From NCBI GenBank assembly GCA_964631685.1, contig CAZVZU010000002.1, forward strand, positions 1 through 64,000: a stretch of DNA of 64,000 nt, in the 5' to 3' direction. Positions within the stretch are counted from its first letter, which is position 1, and the number at the start of each line of letters is the position of its first letter. The position numbers and the translations under genes are program-made. Under the pieces are notes generated by a model that worked only from the letters and a program-made list of their open reading frames with translations, did not search any database and was not told where the DNA came from. Origin of the DNA: an uncultured Actinomycetes bacterium (lineage in GTDB: Bacteria; SZUA-79; Acidulodesulfobacterales; Acidulodesulfobacteraceae). Below are positions 8,748 through 18,915 of this stretch, one piece after another.

Positions 8748-10199
8748 TTACCATATATTTGTCCTAATATATTCGTCCATGGAAATCGCGGCCTTCTTAC
8801 CGCTACCCATGGCTAATATAACGGTTGCCGCACCCGTCACAATATCCCCTGCGGCAAATACCCCTCTTTTCGTGGTCTTTCCCGTATTGCTGTCTGCAAC
8901 TATATATCCCCATTTGTTCAAATCCATTCCCGGAGTAGACATAGGAACGATAGGATTGGCGTGCGTTCCTATCGCAATCACCGCCGCATCTATATCTGCT
9001 GTGAATTCTGAACCTTTAATTGGGATAGGCCTTCTTCTGCCGCTTTCATCAGGTTCTCCAAGTTCCATCCTTTGACATTCTACCCCCACAACATTGTGGT
9101 TATTGTCACCGATAAATCTTACAGGATTAATCAAGAAGTCAAATTCTATACCTTCCTCTTCGGCATGACGCACCTCTTCGAGCCTTGCAGACATCTCTTT
9201 CCTCGAGCGTCTATAAAATATTCTGGCATCTTCATATCCAAGCCTTAAACCCGTTCTCACCGCATCCATTGCAGTATTGCCAGCACCAAAAACAACCAAC
9301 GTTTTACCGACCTTAATGGGAGTATCATATTCGGACGTGTTATACGCCCTCATTAAATTAATCCTAGTGAGGAATTCATTTGCCGAATAAATGCCATTTA
9401 ACTCTTCCCCTGATATATTAAGAAATTTAGGGGCACCTGCGCCACTACCTACAAACACAGCGCTATAACCTTTCTTTTCGAGCAATTCATCTATAGTAAA
9501 TGTTTTACCTATAACAACATCAGTTGAAATATTGACGCCCATCTCATCTAAAACCTTTAGTTCTCTGGAAAGTATCTCCTTTGGAAGCCTAAACTCCGGG
9601 ATTCCATACATTAAAACACCACCAATCTCGTGAAGCGCTTCAAATACAGAAACGCTGTATCCCATTTTACATAAATCCCCTGCCACCGTCAAGCCTGCAG
9701 GTCCGCCTCCTACTACCGCAACTTTCTTGCCGTTATTGCTCTTTACAGCAATATGCGTATCTCCGTATTTCGCCTCATAGTCGGCGACAAATCTTTCCAA
9801 ATTACCAATAGCGACAGATAATGCACCCTTCCGTTTGCCAATAGTACACACCTTTTCGCACTGGTCTTCCTGAGGACAAACCCTGCCGCAAATAGCAGGA
9901 AGAGAATTAGTCTCTTTTATCTTCTTAGCAGCATCCAGAAAGTCGCCATTCTCAATAAGTTTAATAAATGCCGGAATATCTATATTAACAGGACAGCCCT
10001 CAATACAAAATGGCTTTTTGCAATCAATACATCTTTTAGCCTCTTCTATTGCTTCCTCAGGAGAGTATCCGCACGGCACCTCCATAAAATTCTTTCTTCT
10101 TTCTTCCGGTAACCGACAAGTCATCTCCCGTCTTTTAATTTTAAGACGCGATTTATTGTCTAATTTATGATCCTTACCTACATTCTTATTATCATTCAT
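8748..10199 (-). CDS. nfnB: NADPH-dependent glutamate synthase small-chain-like protein / NfnB (SudA) large subunit
   Basis: CIDCKKPFCIEGCP, CGRVCPQEDQCE, GGGPAG, GAGNTAMD, GVFAAGD. Confidence 0.85.
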   Translation of the reverse strand: MNDNKNVGKDHKLDNKSRLKIKRREMTCRLPEERRKNFMEVPCGYSPEEAIEEAKRCIDCKKPFCIEGCPVNIDIPAFIKLIENGDFLDAAKKIKETNSLPAICGRVCPQEDQCEKVCTIGKRKGALSVAIGNLERFVADYEAKYGDTHIAVKSNNGKKVAVVGGGPAGLTVAGDLCKMGYSVSVFEALHEIGGVLMYGIPEFRLPKEILSRELKVLDEMGVNISTDVVIGKTFTIDELLEKKGYSAVFVGSGAGAPKFLNISGEELNGIYSANEFLTRINLMRAYNTSEYDTPIKVGKTLVVFGAGNTAMDAVRTGLRLGYEDARIFYRRSRKEMSARLEEVRHAEEEGIEFDFLINPVRFIGDNNHNVVGVECQRMELGEPDESGRRRPIPIKGSEFTADIDAAVIAIGTHANPIVPMSTPGMDLNKWGYIVADSNTGKTTKRGVFAAGDIVTGAATVILAMGSGKKAAISMDEYIRTNIW

Positions 10200-10230
10200 C
10201 CTTATTTATCCTTTTTATACATTTAGTAAT

Positions 10231-11070
10231 TTAAATGTCATGGTGGTCTTTCATGTGGCACGCATAAGATGCTTTTTCTTCTTCTTTATAAAACTTAAGT
10301 CTGTTCATTAGGTTGTCGAAATCAACCGTATGTCCATCAAATTCCGGTCCATCAACGCAGGCAAATTTTGTTTCTCCATTTACAAGTACCCTGCAAGCAC
10401 CGCACATGCCGGTTCCGTCAATCATAATTGAATTTAAACTAACAATAGTCTTAATACCCTTATCTCTTGTCATGTCGCTAATCGCCTTCATCATAATAAC
10501 CGGTCCGACAGCTATAACCCTATCTATGTCTTCTTTTCGTCCATCCGTTAGTTGCTTTAAGATATCCGTAACAAAACCCTTTGTCCCATAACTACCGTCG
10601 TTTGTTGCAATTAGAAGCTCTGTACTGGCACTCCTCATCTCGTCTTCCATTAATAAAAGATTCTTACTCCTCGCCCCTATTACAGAAATAACCTTGTTTC
10701 CACTTTCTTTTAAAGCCTTGGCTATAGGGTAGATTGCCGCTATACCAAACCCGCCCCCAACACAGACAACCGTGCCAACCTTATCTGTTTCCGTAGGGTT
10801 GCCTAGTGGACCAACCACGTCCGCCAATCTGTCTCCTGTGTTTAACTCGCTGAGCAAATGCGTTGTTTTGCCAAGCGTCTGGACTAATATCGAAATTGTT
10901 CCTTTATTTTTATCAGCCGTCGCAACGGTAATCGGTATTCTTTCTCCCTTTTCGTGAACCCTGAGCATAATAAATTGCCCTGGCAATACTTTCGAGGCGA
11001 TATCGGGAACCGAAATATTATATAAGTTAATACCCTCTCCCATACTCTCTTTGCCGACTATTTCATACAT
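10231..11070 (-). CDS. nfnA: NfnA (SudB) FAD/[2Fe-2S] subunit of electron-bifurcating transhydrogenase
   Basis: PGQFIMLR..GERIPIT, GPLG, MIDGTGMCGACRV..ACVDGPEFD. Confidence 0.85.
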   Translation of the reverse strand: MYEIVGKESMGEGINLYNISVPDIASKVLPGQFIMLRVHEKGERIPITVATADKNKGTISILVQTLGKTTHLLSELNTGDRLADVVGPLGNPTETDKVGTVVCVGGGFGIAAIYPIAKALKESGNKVISVIGARSKNLLLMEDEMRSASTELLIATNDGSYGTKGFVTDILKQLTDGRKEDIDRVIAVGPVIMMKAISDMTRDKGIKTIVSLNSIMIDGTGMCGACRVLVNGETKFACVDGPEFDGHTVDFDNLMNRLKFYKEEEKASYACHMKDHHDI

Positions 11071-11095
11071 ATTTACACCTCGTAAGACAAATATT

Positions 11096-11170
<75 letters not shown>

Positions 11171-11497
11171 GAAAAATTAAAATATTATTATTTAAATTAA
11201 CTACACCCGCCCACAGAGAGGCCAGACCTTCCACCTCATGACGAGCAATTTCTGGACCATCGTTAATACTAATAGCCCTTTTTTGCAGGTACATGCTACG
11301 GCAATTCCTGCCGCATTTCCGCTATCTATAAATTATTCATCACGGTCAATAGAGACGGTCGGAGCTTCCGTTTAGCGGTTTTTAAAGCTCTGGTAATCAT
11401 ACTACTAAATACAACAAAGCATTCCGTTAAAAAATCACACAACACAAGCCTGTGACTATTATAACATTTTTGTTCTTTTTATAAAATAAAATATGGA

Positions 11498-12598
11498 CTA
11501 CCTATATAAAAGGAGACTTTTCCCTAACATTTTATTTTTAATAGTCTTCTGATGACTCTTTATTTTTTTCAAGGTTGAACTAATCGGCTTTGCATAAACA
11601 GAAAACGTTCCGACCTTGTTAAAAACCGTTTTCACTAAGGCGATGCCATTATTAAAGGATTTAAAACTAAAAACCGAGCTTCTTTCCACTCCTGACTTTG
11701 AGATTAAAATTAGTTTTACTTGTCCTTTTATTGCATTGATATCACCGATAACATTTGCGTATTTATCTACCGCAACAATTTTAATTATAAAAGGCTTACC
11801 TGCAGGAACCTCCGAGATATTGGTAGATATAAGAAATCTTTTAAAGACAGAGGGCTCTATATCAACATTCTTGCTTATAAAAACATGGCTTCTCCCGTCG
11901 TAACGAACCTCAAAATTAAGCTGACTCATGCCAGCTCTATCAGAGATAAAGTTAAAATCACCCCTCCCATCTTTTATGTAACCGGATGGAATAGTCTTTG
12001 GATGGACTTTAAAATTATCACCTGTAAGGTAAACCCGTATATCACCATCAGGCATAAAATGAATAGGGTTACCATACTGATCCGCCGCATATACACTGAC
12101 ATTAAACCTTTCCCCAGCAACAACCTTTACAGGGGAAACTATTTTTAAATCATGAAATGGCCCCGGCAATACTCTTATAGGTGTGCTCTGACTCTTGATG
12201 CCCTCAAATGATGCCACTAAGTCAATTTTTCCAGCCTTTTTATAGGAAAGATTAAAATTAACTATTCCCTTCTTAAATTCTGAAGCAGAAATGTTTAAAT
12301 GCTCAGCTCGATGGTTGCCGATAGTAATCCCAATGTTGAACCCCTCATATTTAGAGGCAAAACCTGCAATTACATTTCCATAACCATCTAACGCTACGAC
12401 CTTAACATTAAACTTGCTTCCGGCTACAACTTTACGAGGAACATTGATCCTGAAGGTATTCAACTTGCCGGGCATAATCGTGATAGTAGTAAATGCGTGT
12501 GCCTTATTAGAAAACAGAATAGAACCGAACAGTAATAAAACTGCCCCGAAAAATATCACCTTTTTAAAAGAATTAATACTCATAATAGATTTCCTCAA
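11498..12598 (-). CDS. Secreted protein with three Ig/filamin-like repeats
   Basis: Signal peptide (AHA); repeated motif V.AG..F...V.A.D.YGN three times. Confidence 0.65.
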   Translation of the reverse strand: MRKSIMSINSFKKVIFFGAVLLLFGSILFSNKAHAFTTITIMPGKLNTFRINVPRKVVAGSKFNVKVVALDGYGNVIAGFASKYEGFNIGITIGNHRAEHLNISASEFKKGIVNFNLSYKKAGKIDLVASFEGIKSQSTPIRVLPGPFHDLKIVSPVKVVAGERFNVSVYAADQYGNPIHFMPDGDIRVYLTGDNFKVHPKTIPSGYIKDGRGDFNFISDRAGMSQLNFEVRYDGRSHVFISKNVDIEPSVFKRFLISTNISEVPAGKPFIIKIVAVDKYANVIGDINAIKGQVKLILISKSGVERSSVFSFKSFNNGIALVKTVFNKVGTFSVYAKPISSTLKKIKSHQKTIKNKMLGKSLLLYR

Positions 12599-12632
12599 TA
12601 AAATAATAGTGTAATAAAATCTATATACATAC

Positions 12633-13742
12633 TTATCGTCCTTTTTCAGCCATGTCTAAATAATATTTAATTTTACGGTTAGAAGGATTCAACATTATTG
12701 ACCGACCAAAATAATGTCTCGCCCTCATAAAATCATCATCGCGCAAATATATCAAGCCTAATATGAAATTAATTTGCCAAGCATTTTTTATGACCAGCGC
12801 TCTTTTTGCATAAAACAGAGCACCATTGTAATCTTTTTTTTCATAATTATCAAGAGCCGCATTAGATAACGCCCGATAATTTGAGGGGTTTTGTGCTATC
12901 GCCCTCTTAAACATGCCAAGTGCCATGGCGTACTTTTTTTGCACAAAAAACGCAACACCTTTTTTATTATAAAAATCGGATTTCTCTGATCTTGATTCTT
13001 GCGTTATGCTTTTATGAATTTTTTTAGGAATACTGTTTTTTATGACATCAGATGTACTTTTTATTTTTTTATGGCTAGTTTTCAGCGGATACTCCTTTAT
13101 TGCAGGCTTAGTTAGTTCTGTATGCTGTTTGACCATAATGGGAATCTGAAAAGGATTTATAATTCCAAGCGTACTAGGTGGAGGATTTAAATTGCGACCA
13201 TGTTTTAAAACATGGGTTAAAATATAGGATTTTCTTATAATGTGTACTATCAAATCTGAATAAAATAAAACATACCCACCCTTTGAAGCACTTTTAACCA
13301 AGAATTTATCCAACTGAATCTTATCTTTATACTCCAACGCCCTGACGAACATATAAACATTCCGAGACTTCCCGTATCCGGATATCTTAAAGGAGTAAGA
13401 CCCACTATTTTTACGTTTCTCAGAATATTTTAGCTTTATGTAGTTCAACTTTACATGATATATTTTCGAATCTCTCAAAATATTGGAGATAAAATAACTA
13501 GCGCTTCTGTTATGAAAATACCCATACCTAAGCGCAGAAACGTCTATTTTTTTAATTTTACCAATATTTTTAACGATATTTTCTTGTACTATCTTTAAGT
13601 GAGCGGCATTATTATTTATGATATTGCCAGTTTCTCTTTCCTTTTTAGCAATACTTTTGGAAAAGAGAAAAAAAACGGAAACGGAAACTACTAAAAGTGC
13701 CCCGAGAATAAAATAAATAAAATTTTTGTTTTTCAGCTTCAC
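12633..13742 (-). CDS. Membrane-anchored TPR protein
   Basis: N-terminal TM helix; C-terminal TPR repeats (A...F.RAI..NP). Confidence 0.65.
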   Translation of the reverse strand: MKLKNKNFIYFILGALLVVSVSVFFLFSKSIAKKERETGNIINNNAAHLKIVQENIVKNIGKIKKIDVSALRYGYFHNRSASYFISNILRDSKIYHVKLNYIKLKYSEKRKNSGSYSFKISGYGKSRNVYMFVRALEYKDKIQLDKFLVKSASKGGYVLFYSDLIVHIIRKSYILTHVLKHGRNLNPPPSTLGIINPFQIPIMVKQHTELTKPAIKEYPLKTSHKKIKSTSDVIKNSIPKKIHKSITQESRSEKSDFYNKKGVAFFVQKKYAMALGMFKRAIAQNPSNYRALSNAALDNYEKKDYNGALFYAKRALVIKNAWQINFILGLIYLRDDDFMRARHYFGRSIMLNPSNRKIKYYLDMAEKGR

Positions 13743-13827
13743 ACGAATACCGAGTTTAATCTTTAGTTTTTTAAATTGTAATATAATGCACTAATAACCT
13801 TTTAATATATTAAAGAATTTTAGTCAA

Positions 13828-14208
13828 TCAATTTTTATAATACGATGCCATTGAAGAGGGTGTTTCGTACACATTGACCCTCGCAATTTTAATTAAACCG
13901 TCTTTATATGCACCAGTTATCCTGCTAAACTCCTCATATATATACCTAGCAATATTTTCTGCGGAGGGGTTTGTCTCCTTAAAAAAATCAAGGTCGTTTA
14001 TAAACTTATGATCAAGTATCTCCATTATTTCTTTCAAATACCCCTTTAACAGTTTAAAATCAACAACCAAACCTATGTCATTTAATACATCAGATAAAAC
14101 TATTAGTTCAATCTGCCAGTTATGCCCATGAATATTTTCGCATTTACCGTTATATCCCCTAAGGGCATGTGCAGAAGAAAAATTTGACAACACCTTTAAT
14201 TCGTACAT
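13828..14208 (-). CDS. queD: 6-carboxytetrahydropterin synthase
   Basis: FSSAH.L..Y.GKCENIHGHNW, LDH, PSAENIA, YET. Confidence 0.93.
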   Translation of the reverse strand: MYELKVLSNFSSAHALRGYNGKCENIHGHNWQIELIVLSDVLNDIGLVVDFKLLKGYLKEIMEILDHKFINDLDFFKETNPSAENIARYIYEEFSRITGAYKDGLIKIARVNVYETPSSMASYYKN

Positions 14209-14243
14209 ATTTATGTGAATACCCCTATAAATTGTTAATCAAC

Positions 14244-14849
14244 TTAATTATTATCGTTTATCTCTATACGAGCATGCTTCCTTAATCTGGCTATCCAACC
14301 CTTTAGCATAGGAAGCAGTACTACGCTTTGTATTTTTTTTGTACTCTTCGGTGCATTAATTTCCTTTTCTGAGCTATACAGAAAAATCTGTAACCGTTTG
14401 TAGATAAACTGTCTTTCGATTAAGACATTCTTTACATAGCTTAAGAACGTTATTTCATTATAACCATATTTTCTGAGAAATGTTGGAAATGGCATATCCT
14501 TATGTATCATTTTTAATTTTTTTTTAAAATCGTTCACGTAGGCATCTATCTGATTTTTGGATATAGATATAATCCTAATTTTTTTTTCTTGCCTTAAGAT
14601 CAAAATTCTATTTATGTAAATGTTTAATTTTTTTTTAAAATCGTTCCTCGAAAGTAGATGGTTTGATTGATGATATTTTAGATTGGCAACCCTATTGAAA
14701 GCAACAAAAAAATATAGTTCGTTCATCGTTATAGGTATATTGTCAACCGAACCTACAACATCGTCTACTAAAAATCCATAAGAACTTTTGTTGAACATTA
14801 TTACTAAAAAGAAGAAAAGAGGAACAATATATTTTAGTTTCTTTCGCAT
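14244..14849 (-). CDS. SurA N-terminal domain-like periplasmic chaperone
   Basis: Signal peptide; VDDVVGSVDNIPIT; C-terminal WIARLRKHARIEI. Confidence 0.6.
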   Translation of the reverse strand: MRKKLKYIVPLFFFLVIMFNKSSYGFLVDDVVGSVDNIPITMNELYFFVAFNRVANLKYHQSNHLLSRNDFKKKLNIYINRILILRQEKKIRIISISKNQIDAYVNDFKKKLKMIHKDMPFPTFLRKYGYNEITFLSYVKNVLIERQFIYKRLQIFLYSSEKEINAPKSTKKIQSVVLLPMLKGWIARLRKHARIEINDNN

Positions 14850-14885
14850 TTATTTTTATAGAAAATATTAAAAATATGATATAAA

Positions 14886-16163
14886 ATGTTAAAAGTTAAT
14901 ATGAATGAACCACTTATGACAATAGCTCTGATACCAATACTATCATTATTTATATTTTTTTTGTATATTTTTCTGTCAAAAAAAATATATAGACACCTTA
15001 TAATAAAAAACCTTTTAACTAAAGATAAAATTAAAGGCTATGAAGAGCAGATAAAACTTTACTTATGTATCTTAAATAATTTAAGCGACGGTTTAGCGAT
15101 TATAGATAAAGATAAGAACCTATTATTTACCAATGCGTCATTTAAGGACAACATGAGGTCGGTCGCCCTTCCGAATAACATAAAAATATTTGAACTTTTG
15201 ACAAGAAATTTCGAATTAAATAGTCTTGTCAATAACGTAATAAACACAGATAATCTTGATTTTGTAGAAAAAAAAATATCCTATTTCGATAAGGCCGATG
15301 ATAAAACTGTGAATTGTAAAATATTTAAGATTAATGGCCTTGAGAAGTATGCCGTCATGGTAAGAGATATAACATATATTCAAAAAGTAGAAAATATTAG
15401 ATCCGCATTTATTCAAAACATATCACACGAAATTAAAACGCCTATCACCGCGATAATGGGATTCGTTGAAACACTAAAAAACGGTGCCATGAATAATTAT
15501 GATACAAGTATTAAATTTTTAGACATCATAGAACACCACACAAAAAGACTAAATTACCTGGTCGATGACCTAATAATACTAACAAAAATTGAAACCAATC
15601 GGTCGCCGATAAAATCGGAAAATATTGCCATAAAATCTATAGTCAAACAATCCCTCTTGTTATTTGAAAAAGATATAAAAGAAGAAAAAATAGACATCGT
15701 AACAAATTTAAGCGATAGAACATTTATCTCAGACCAGTCAAAAGTAAGCCAGATCATTGTCAATCTAATTCAAAATGCGGTTAAATATACAGAAAAAGGA
15801 GGGGTAATTAAAATTGAAGGGGATATTATTGATATAAAAAAAGCCTCTCACTTTATGCTTGAGGCCGAAAACACATCTATTTTATGGGGTAGAATGGATA
15901 AATTGGAAAAACAAGGGGAATTCTTTTTCTTTTCTATAGAAGATAGTGGCATAGGCGTAAATTACACTAATCTTTTAAGACTAGGGGAAAGATTTTTTAG
16001 GGTAGATAGCTCACACTCCGGCAAATACAAAGGAACAGGACTAGGTCTTGCCATTACAAAACATACCCTTAAACTACTTAACGGTACTGCCGCGCTTAAG
16101 AGCAATATGGGAACAGGATTCATGTTCACATTCATGATTCCCTTACCTTATGCCCATCGGTAA
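14886..16163 (+). CDS. PhoR-like PAS sensor histidine kinase
   Basis: TM helix, PAS, H-box NISHEIKTP, N-box NAVKYT, DSGIG, ERFFRVD, GTGLGLAI. Confidence 0.85.
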   Translation: MLKVNMNEPLMTIALIPILSLFIFFLYIFLSKKIYRHLIIKNLLTKDKIKGYEEQIKLYLCILNNLSDGLAIIDKDKNLLFTNASFKDNMRSVALPNNIKIFELLTRNFELNSLVNNVINTDNLDFVEKKISYFDKADDKTVNCKIFKINGLEKYAVMVRDITYIQKVENIRSAFIQNISHEIKTPITAIMGFVETLKNGAMNNYDTSIKFLDIIEHHTKRLNYLVDDLIILTKIETNRSPIKSENIAIKSIVKQSLLLFEKDIKEEKIDIVTNLSDRTFISDQSKVSQIIVNLIQNAVKYTEKGGVIKIEGDIIDIKKASHFMLEAENTSILWGRMDKLEKQGEFFFFSIEDSGIGVNYTNLLRLGERFFRVDSSHSGKYKGTGLGLAITKHTLKLLNGTAALKSNMGTGFMFTFMIPLPYAHR

Positions 16164-16215
16164 ACGACTTGCCTCACACCGCCCGTCCTATCCTTATAGT
16201 CTGCGCTACGTAATC

Positions 16216-17094
16216 TTACACAAAATTTAACGCCGGAATAGAGCTTATAAGCCTATTTTTATACAACAATTCACAGTAAAGTTTAAATCCCTTAATATCT
16301 TCCTCTCCAAAATCAAAACTTAAGCAATTAGTCCAATAATCAATGAGATCTTCATATGATATAAAATTATATTTGTTATCATTTAGTATTGATAGGGCAG
16401 CATCTTTAAAACCGCGAATAGCGTTTCGCTTAGATTTTAAGAGATATCTGTAGAAAATATCCATCTCCCTTTTATTATTGTTATAAGCCTCTTTCCTTAA
16501 TATAAAGAATGCAAAAACGAACGGAAAGCCTGTAAATTTATACCACAGGTCCGCAAGATCATACGCAAAGTAACTCTTGGGAATAGATTTTTTAAATCTT
16601 AAGGCATTATCACCTATATGCAAAAAAATCTTATTAGCCATTACATTGTCGTTAAATGTGGATATTAACTCAAGTTTGTTGCTTGACGGCAGGGTGATAA
16701 AATTGAGCCTTTTTATATCTATGTTATACATTTCCACTAATAAGACCTTAAGTAAATTCAGCGATGTAAGTGTTTCAGGGGTAACATAAATAACTTCATC
16801 CTTTTTAAAATCTTCAATAGGTTTTTGAGAAAATAAATAGATACTCTTGATAGTCTTTTTTGAACTTATAGAAATATCGCGAAATATTAAGGATGATTTA
16901 CAATTTAAGACATAATAAAAAGAGGATGAAGGGCTTACGTCAACATTGCCGACACTTAAGCTATTATTTAAAAAAGCAGGGGTCCCACAAACAAATTTCA
17001 GAAAATTTAGTTCCGGGTCAGCCTTGACTTCCTTTTTTAAATAGTAGTAAATCGGATAAACATTAAGATAGTTTATTTCTCCCACATAAATCAT
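16216..17094 (-). CDS. mqnA: Chorismate dehydratase (futalosine menaquinone pathway)
   Basis: GEINYLNVYP, PAFLN, IGDNAL, DLADLWYKFTGFPFVFA. Confidence 0.8.
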   Translation of the reverse strand: MIYVGEINYLNVYPIYYYLKKEVKADPELNFLKFVCGTPAFLNNSLSVGNVDVSPSSSFYYVLNCKSSLIFRDISISSKKTIKSIYLFSQKPIEDFKKDEVIYVTPETLTSLNLLKVLLVEMYNIDIKRLNFITLPSSNKLELISTFNDNVMANKIFLHIGDNALRFKKSIPKSYFAYDLADLWYKFTGFPFVFAFFILRKEAYNNNKREMDIFYRYLLKSKRNAIRGFKDAALSILNDNKYNFISYEDLIDYWTNCLSFDFGEEDIKGFKLYCELLYKNRLISSIPALNFV

Positions 17095-17750
17095 TTATTA
17101 TGACCGGTAAATATTAATCCGGAAATAGATGCCGATAAAAAATCAGGGTTATGTGACTTAAGCTCCTCATAAGAATGATTTCCCGATGCTACGCTAACAA
17201 CTTGAACACCTGCATTTTTTGCAGTCATTATATCTATCGGCGAATCGCCTATGAATATAGTGGAAGACGAAGGAATGTTTGTTTCCTCAACTATTTTATT
17301 AATCATCTCGGGAGACGGCTTCCCTGCAAGCCCATCGTAAACACCAAAAATATAATCAAATAAATCGTTTATTTCCAAATGCTCTAATAATTTTCTTGAA
17401 ATAGAACCGGTTTTATTTGTGGCTACATTTAGAGATTTTCCCCTCTCTTTAAGGTGCAGTAAAAGCTCTTTTGCCCCGCTAATTAAAGATGTTTTTTCAA
17501 AACAAACCTCTTCGTACCTATTTCTAAAGATTTGTATAGCCTCATCTTGATGTTCTTTTCCAAAAAGTTCACCCAAAAGACCCTCAAGCGGAACCCCGAC
17601 ATATGAATTAGATTCCTTGTAAGTTATAGTCCGCTCTTGAAATTTGGAAAAAACCTCGTCAAAAGCATCATTAATGGCCTCAAAAGAATCAATCAGTGTC
17701 CCGTCTAGGTCGAAAATTACCGAATCAAATTTCTCAATATTTTTAATCAT
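17091..17750 (-). CDS. HAD-family phosphatase (phosphoglycolate phosphatase-like)
   Basis: FDLDGTLIDS, TNK, KPSP, IGDS..DI. Confidence 0.85.
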   Translation of the reverse strand: MIKNIEKFDSVIFDLDGTLIDSFEAINDAFDEVFSKFQERTITYKESNSYVGVPLEGLLGELFGKEHQDEAIQIFRNRYEEVCFEKTSLISGAKELLLHLKERGKSLNVATNKTGSISRKLLEHLEINDLFDYIFGVYDGLAGKPSPEMINKIVEETNIPSSSTIFIGDSPIDIMTAKNAGVQVVSVASGNHSYEELKSHNPDFLSASISGLIFTGHNK

Positions 17751-17779
17751 AAGATAAAGTTTTATTTTATTATATTATT

Positions 17780-18868
17780 TTATTTTAAAAAGCCTCTCAT
17801 AAATTCTGCCGTTTCCTCAGGAATAGCGGTATTAATGGACATCCCTGTCCCAATTTCAAAACCGGCCTTCATGGTAAGTCGCGGAATAATTCTTAAACTC
17901 CAATGATAATAGTCCTCTTTCTCATCCGCAATAGGCGGATTGTTAAAAACAAAATTGTAATCAGGATCGTCCAATGCATCACGCATAGCCTTAAGAATCT
18001 TTTTGACGATAATACCCAAGGATTTGGTCTTCTCAATGGTCATACATGTAAAACAAGGCTCATGTGTAAGAGGCATTATCCACGTCTCGAACGGACAAGT
18101 TGATGCAAACGGATGAAAAACAATAAAGTCATCGGTTTGCAAGATGATGCGCCTGCCATCCACGATTTCACTGTGAATCATGTCACAAAAAATGCATCTC
18201 CCCACCTCATCGTAATAAAATCTGGCCTGAGAGATATTATTCCTTAATGAGAGAGGAATAATGGGAGTCGCAATAATCTGGGAATGAGAATGAATTAAGG
18301 ATGTTCCGGCGTTCACACCGTTATTTTTAAATATTATAATATACCTGAATCTTGAATCGGCACTCAAAGACAAATATCTATCTCTATACATCACGAATAA
18401 CTCCTGCACCTGCTTATCGGAAAAAAAAGGTATAATTTCATTGTGCTTTGGAGTTTCTATGATCACCTCGTGGGCGCCAATTCCCGGTTTTGTTCTGAAT
18501 ATCTCTGTAGCCTTGGGGAAAAAATATCCCGTAAAATCTCCGTGAAGAACATTTTCGCCATGGTTAGACGGTGAATCAACCGCCGCGGCGAGGGAAAGAG
18601 CTGCAAATTTGTTTTGGATAACCCGAATCCACCACCCCTTTGAGTCGGAACTAGTTCCAAATGTTCTATATGATTCAATTTCATTTGGAGATAGATATTC
18701 ATTGCCAGAACAAAAAGGGCAACCCTCTGAGTATTCGGGAAGCACCGCGTTATTTTCGTTTCCATCTTTGGATTTAGATGGCCCCTCAAACTCGTGAGGC
18801 CTTCTTCTTCTTTCCGTGGCAATAATAACCCACTCTCTCGTAGTCGGGTCTTGTCTTAATTCTGACAT
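17780..18868 (-). CDS. galT: Galactose-1-phosphate uridylyltransferase
   Basis: ELRQDP..WVIIA..R..RP, CPFC, GTSLIHSHSQ, AGFEIGTG. Confidence 0.88.
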   Translation of the reverse strand: MSELRQDPTTREWVIIATERRRRPHEFEGPSKSKDGNENNAVLPEYSEGCPFCSGNEYLSPNEIESYRTFGTSSDSKGWWIRVIQNKFAALSLAAAVDSPSNHGENVLHGDFTGYFFPKATEIFRTKPGIGAHEVIIETPKHNEIIPFFSDKQVQELFVMYRDRYLSLSADSRFRYIIIFKNNGVNAGTSLIHSHSQIIATPIIPLSLRNNISQARFYYDEVGRCIFCDMIHSEIVDGRRIILQTDDFIVFHPFASTCPFETWIMPLTHEPCFTCMTIEKTKSLGIIVKKILKAMRDALDDPDYNFVFNNPPIADEKEDYYHWSLRIIPRLTMKAGFEIGTGMSINTAIPEETAEFMRGFLK

Positions 18869-18915
18869 GCTAATATTTTAATTTAAGGTTAGGTTTTACA
18901 ATTTGTTTCACAGAG

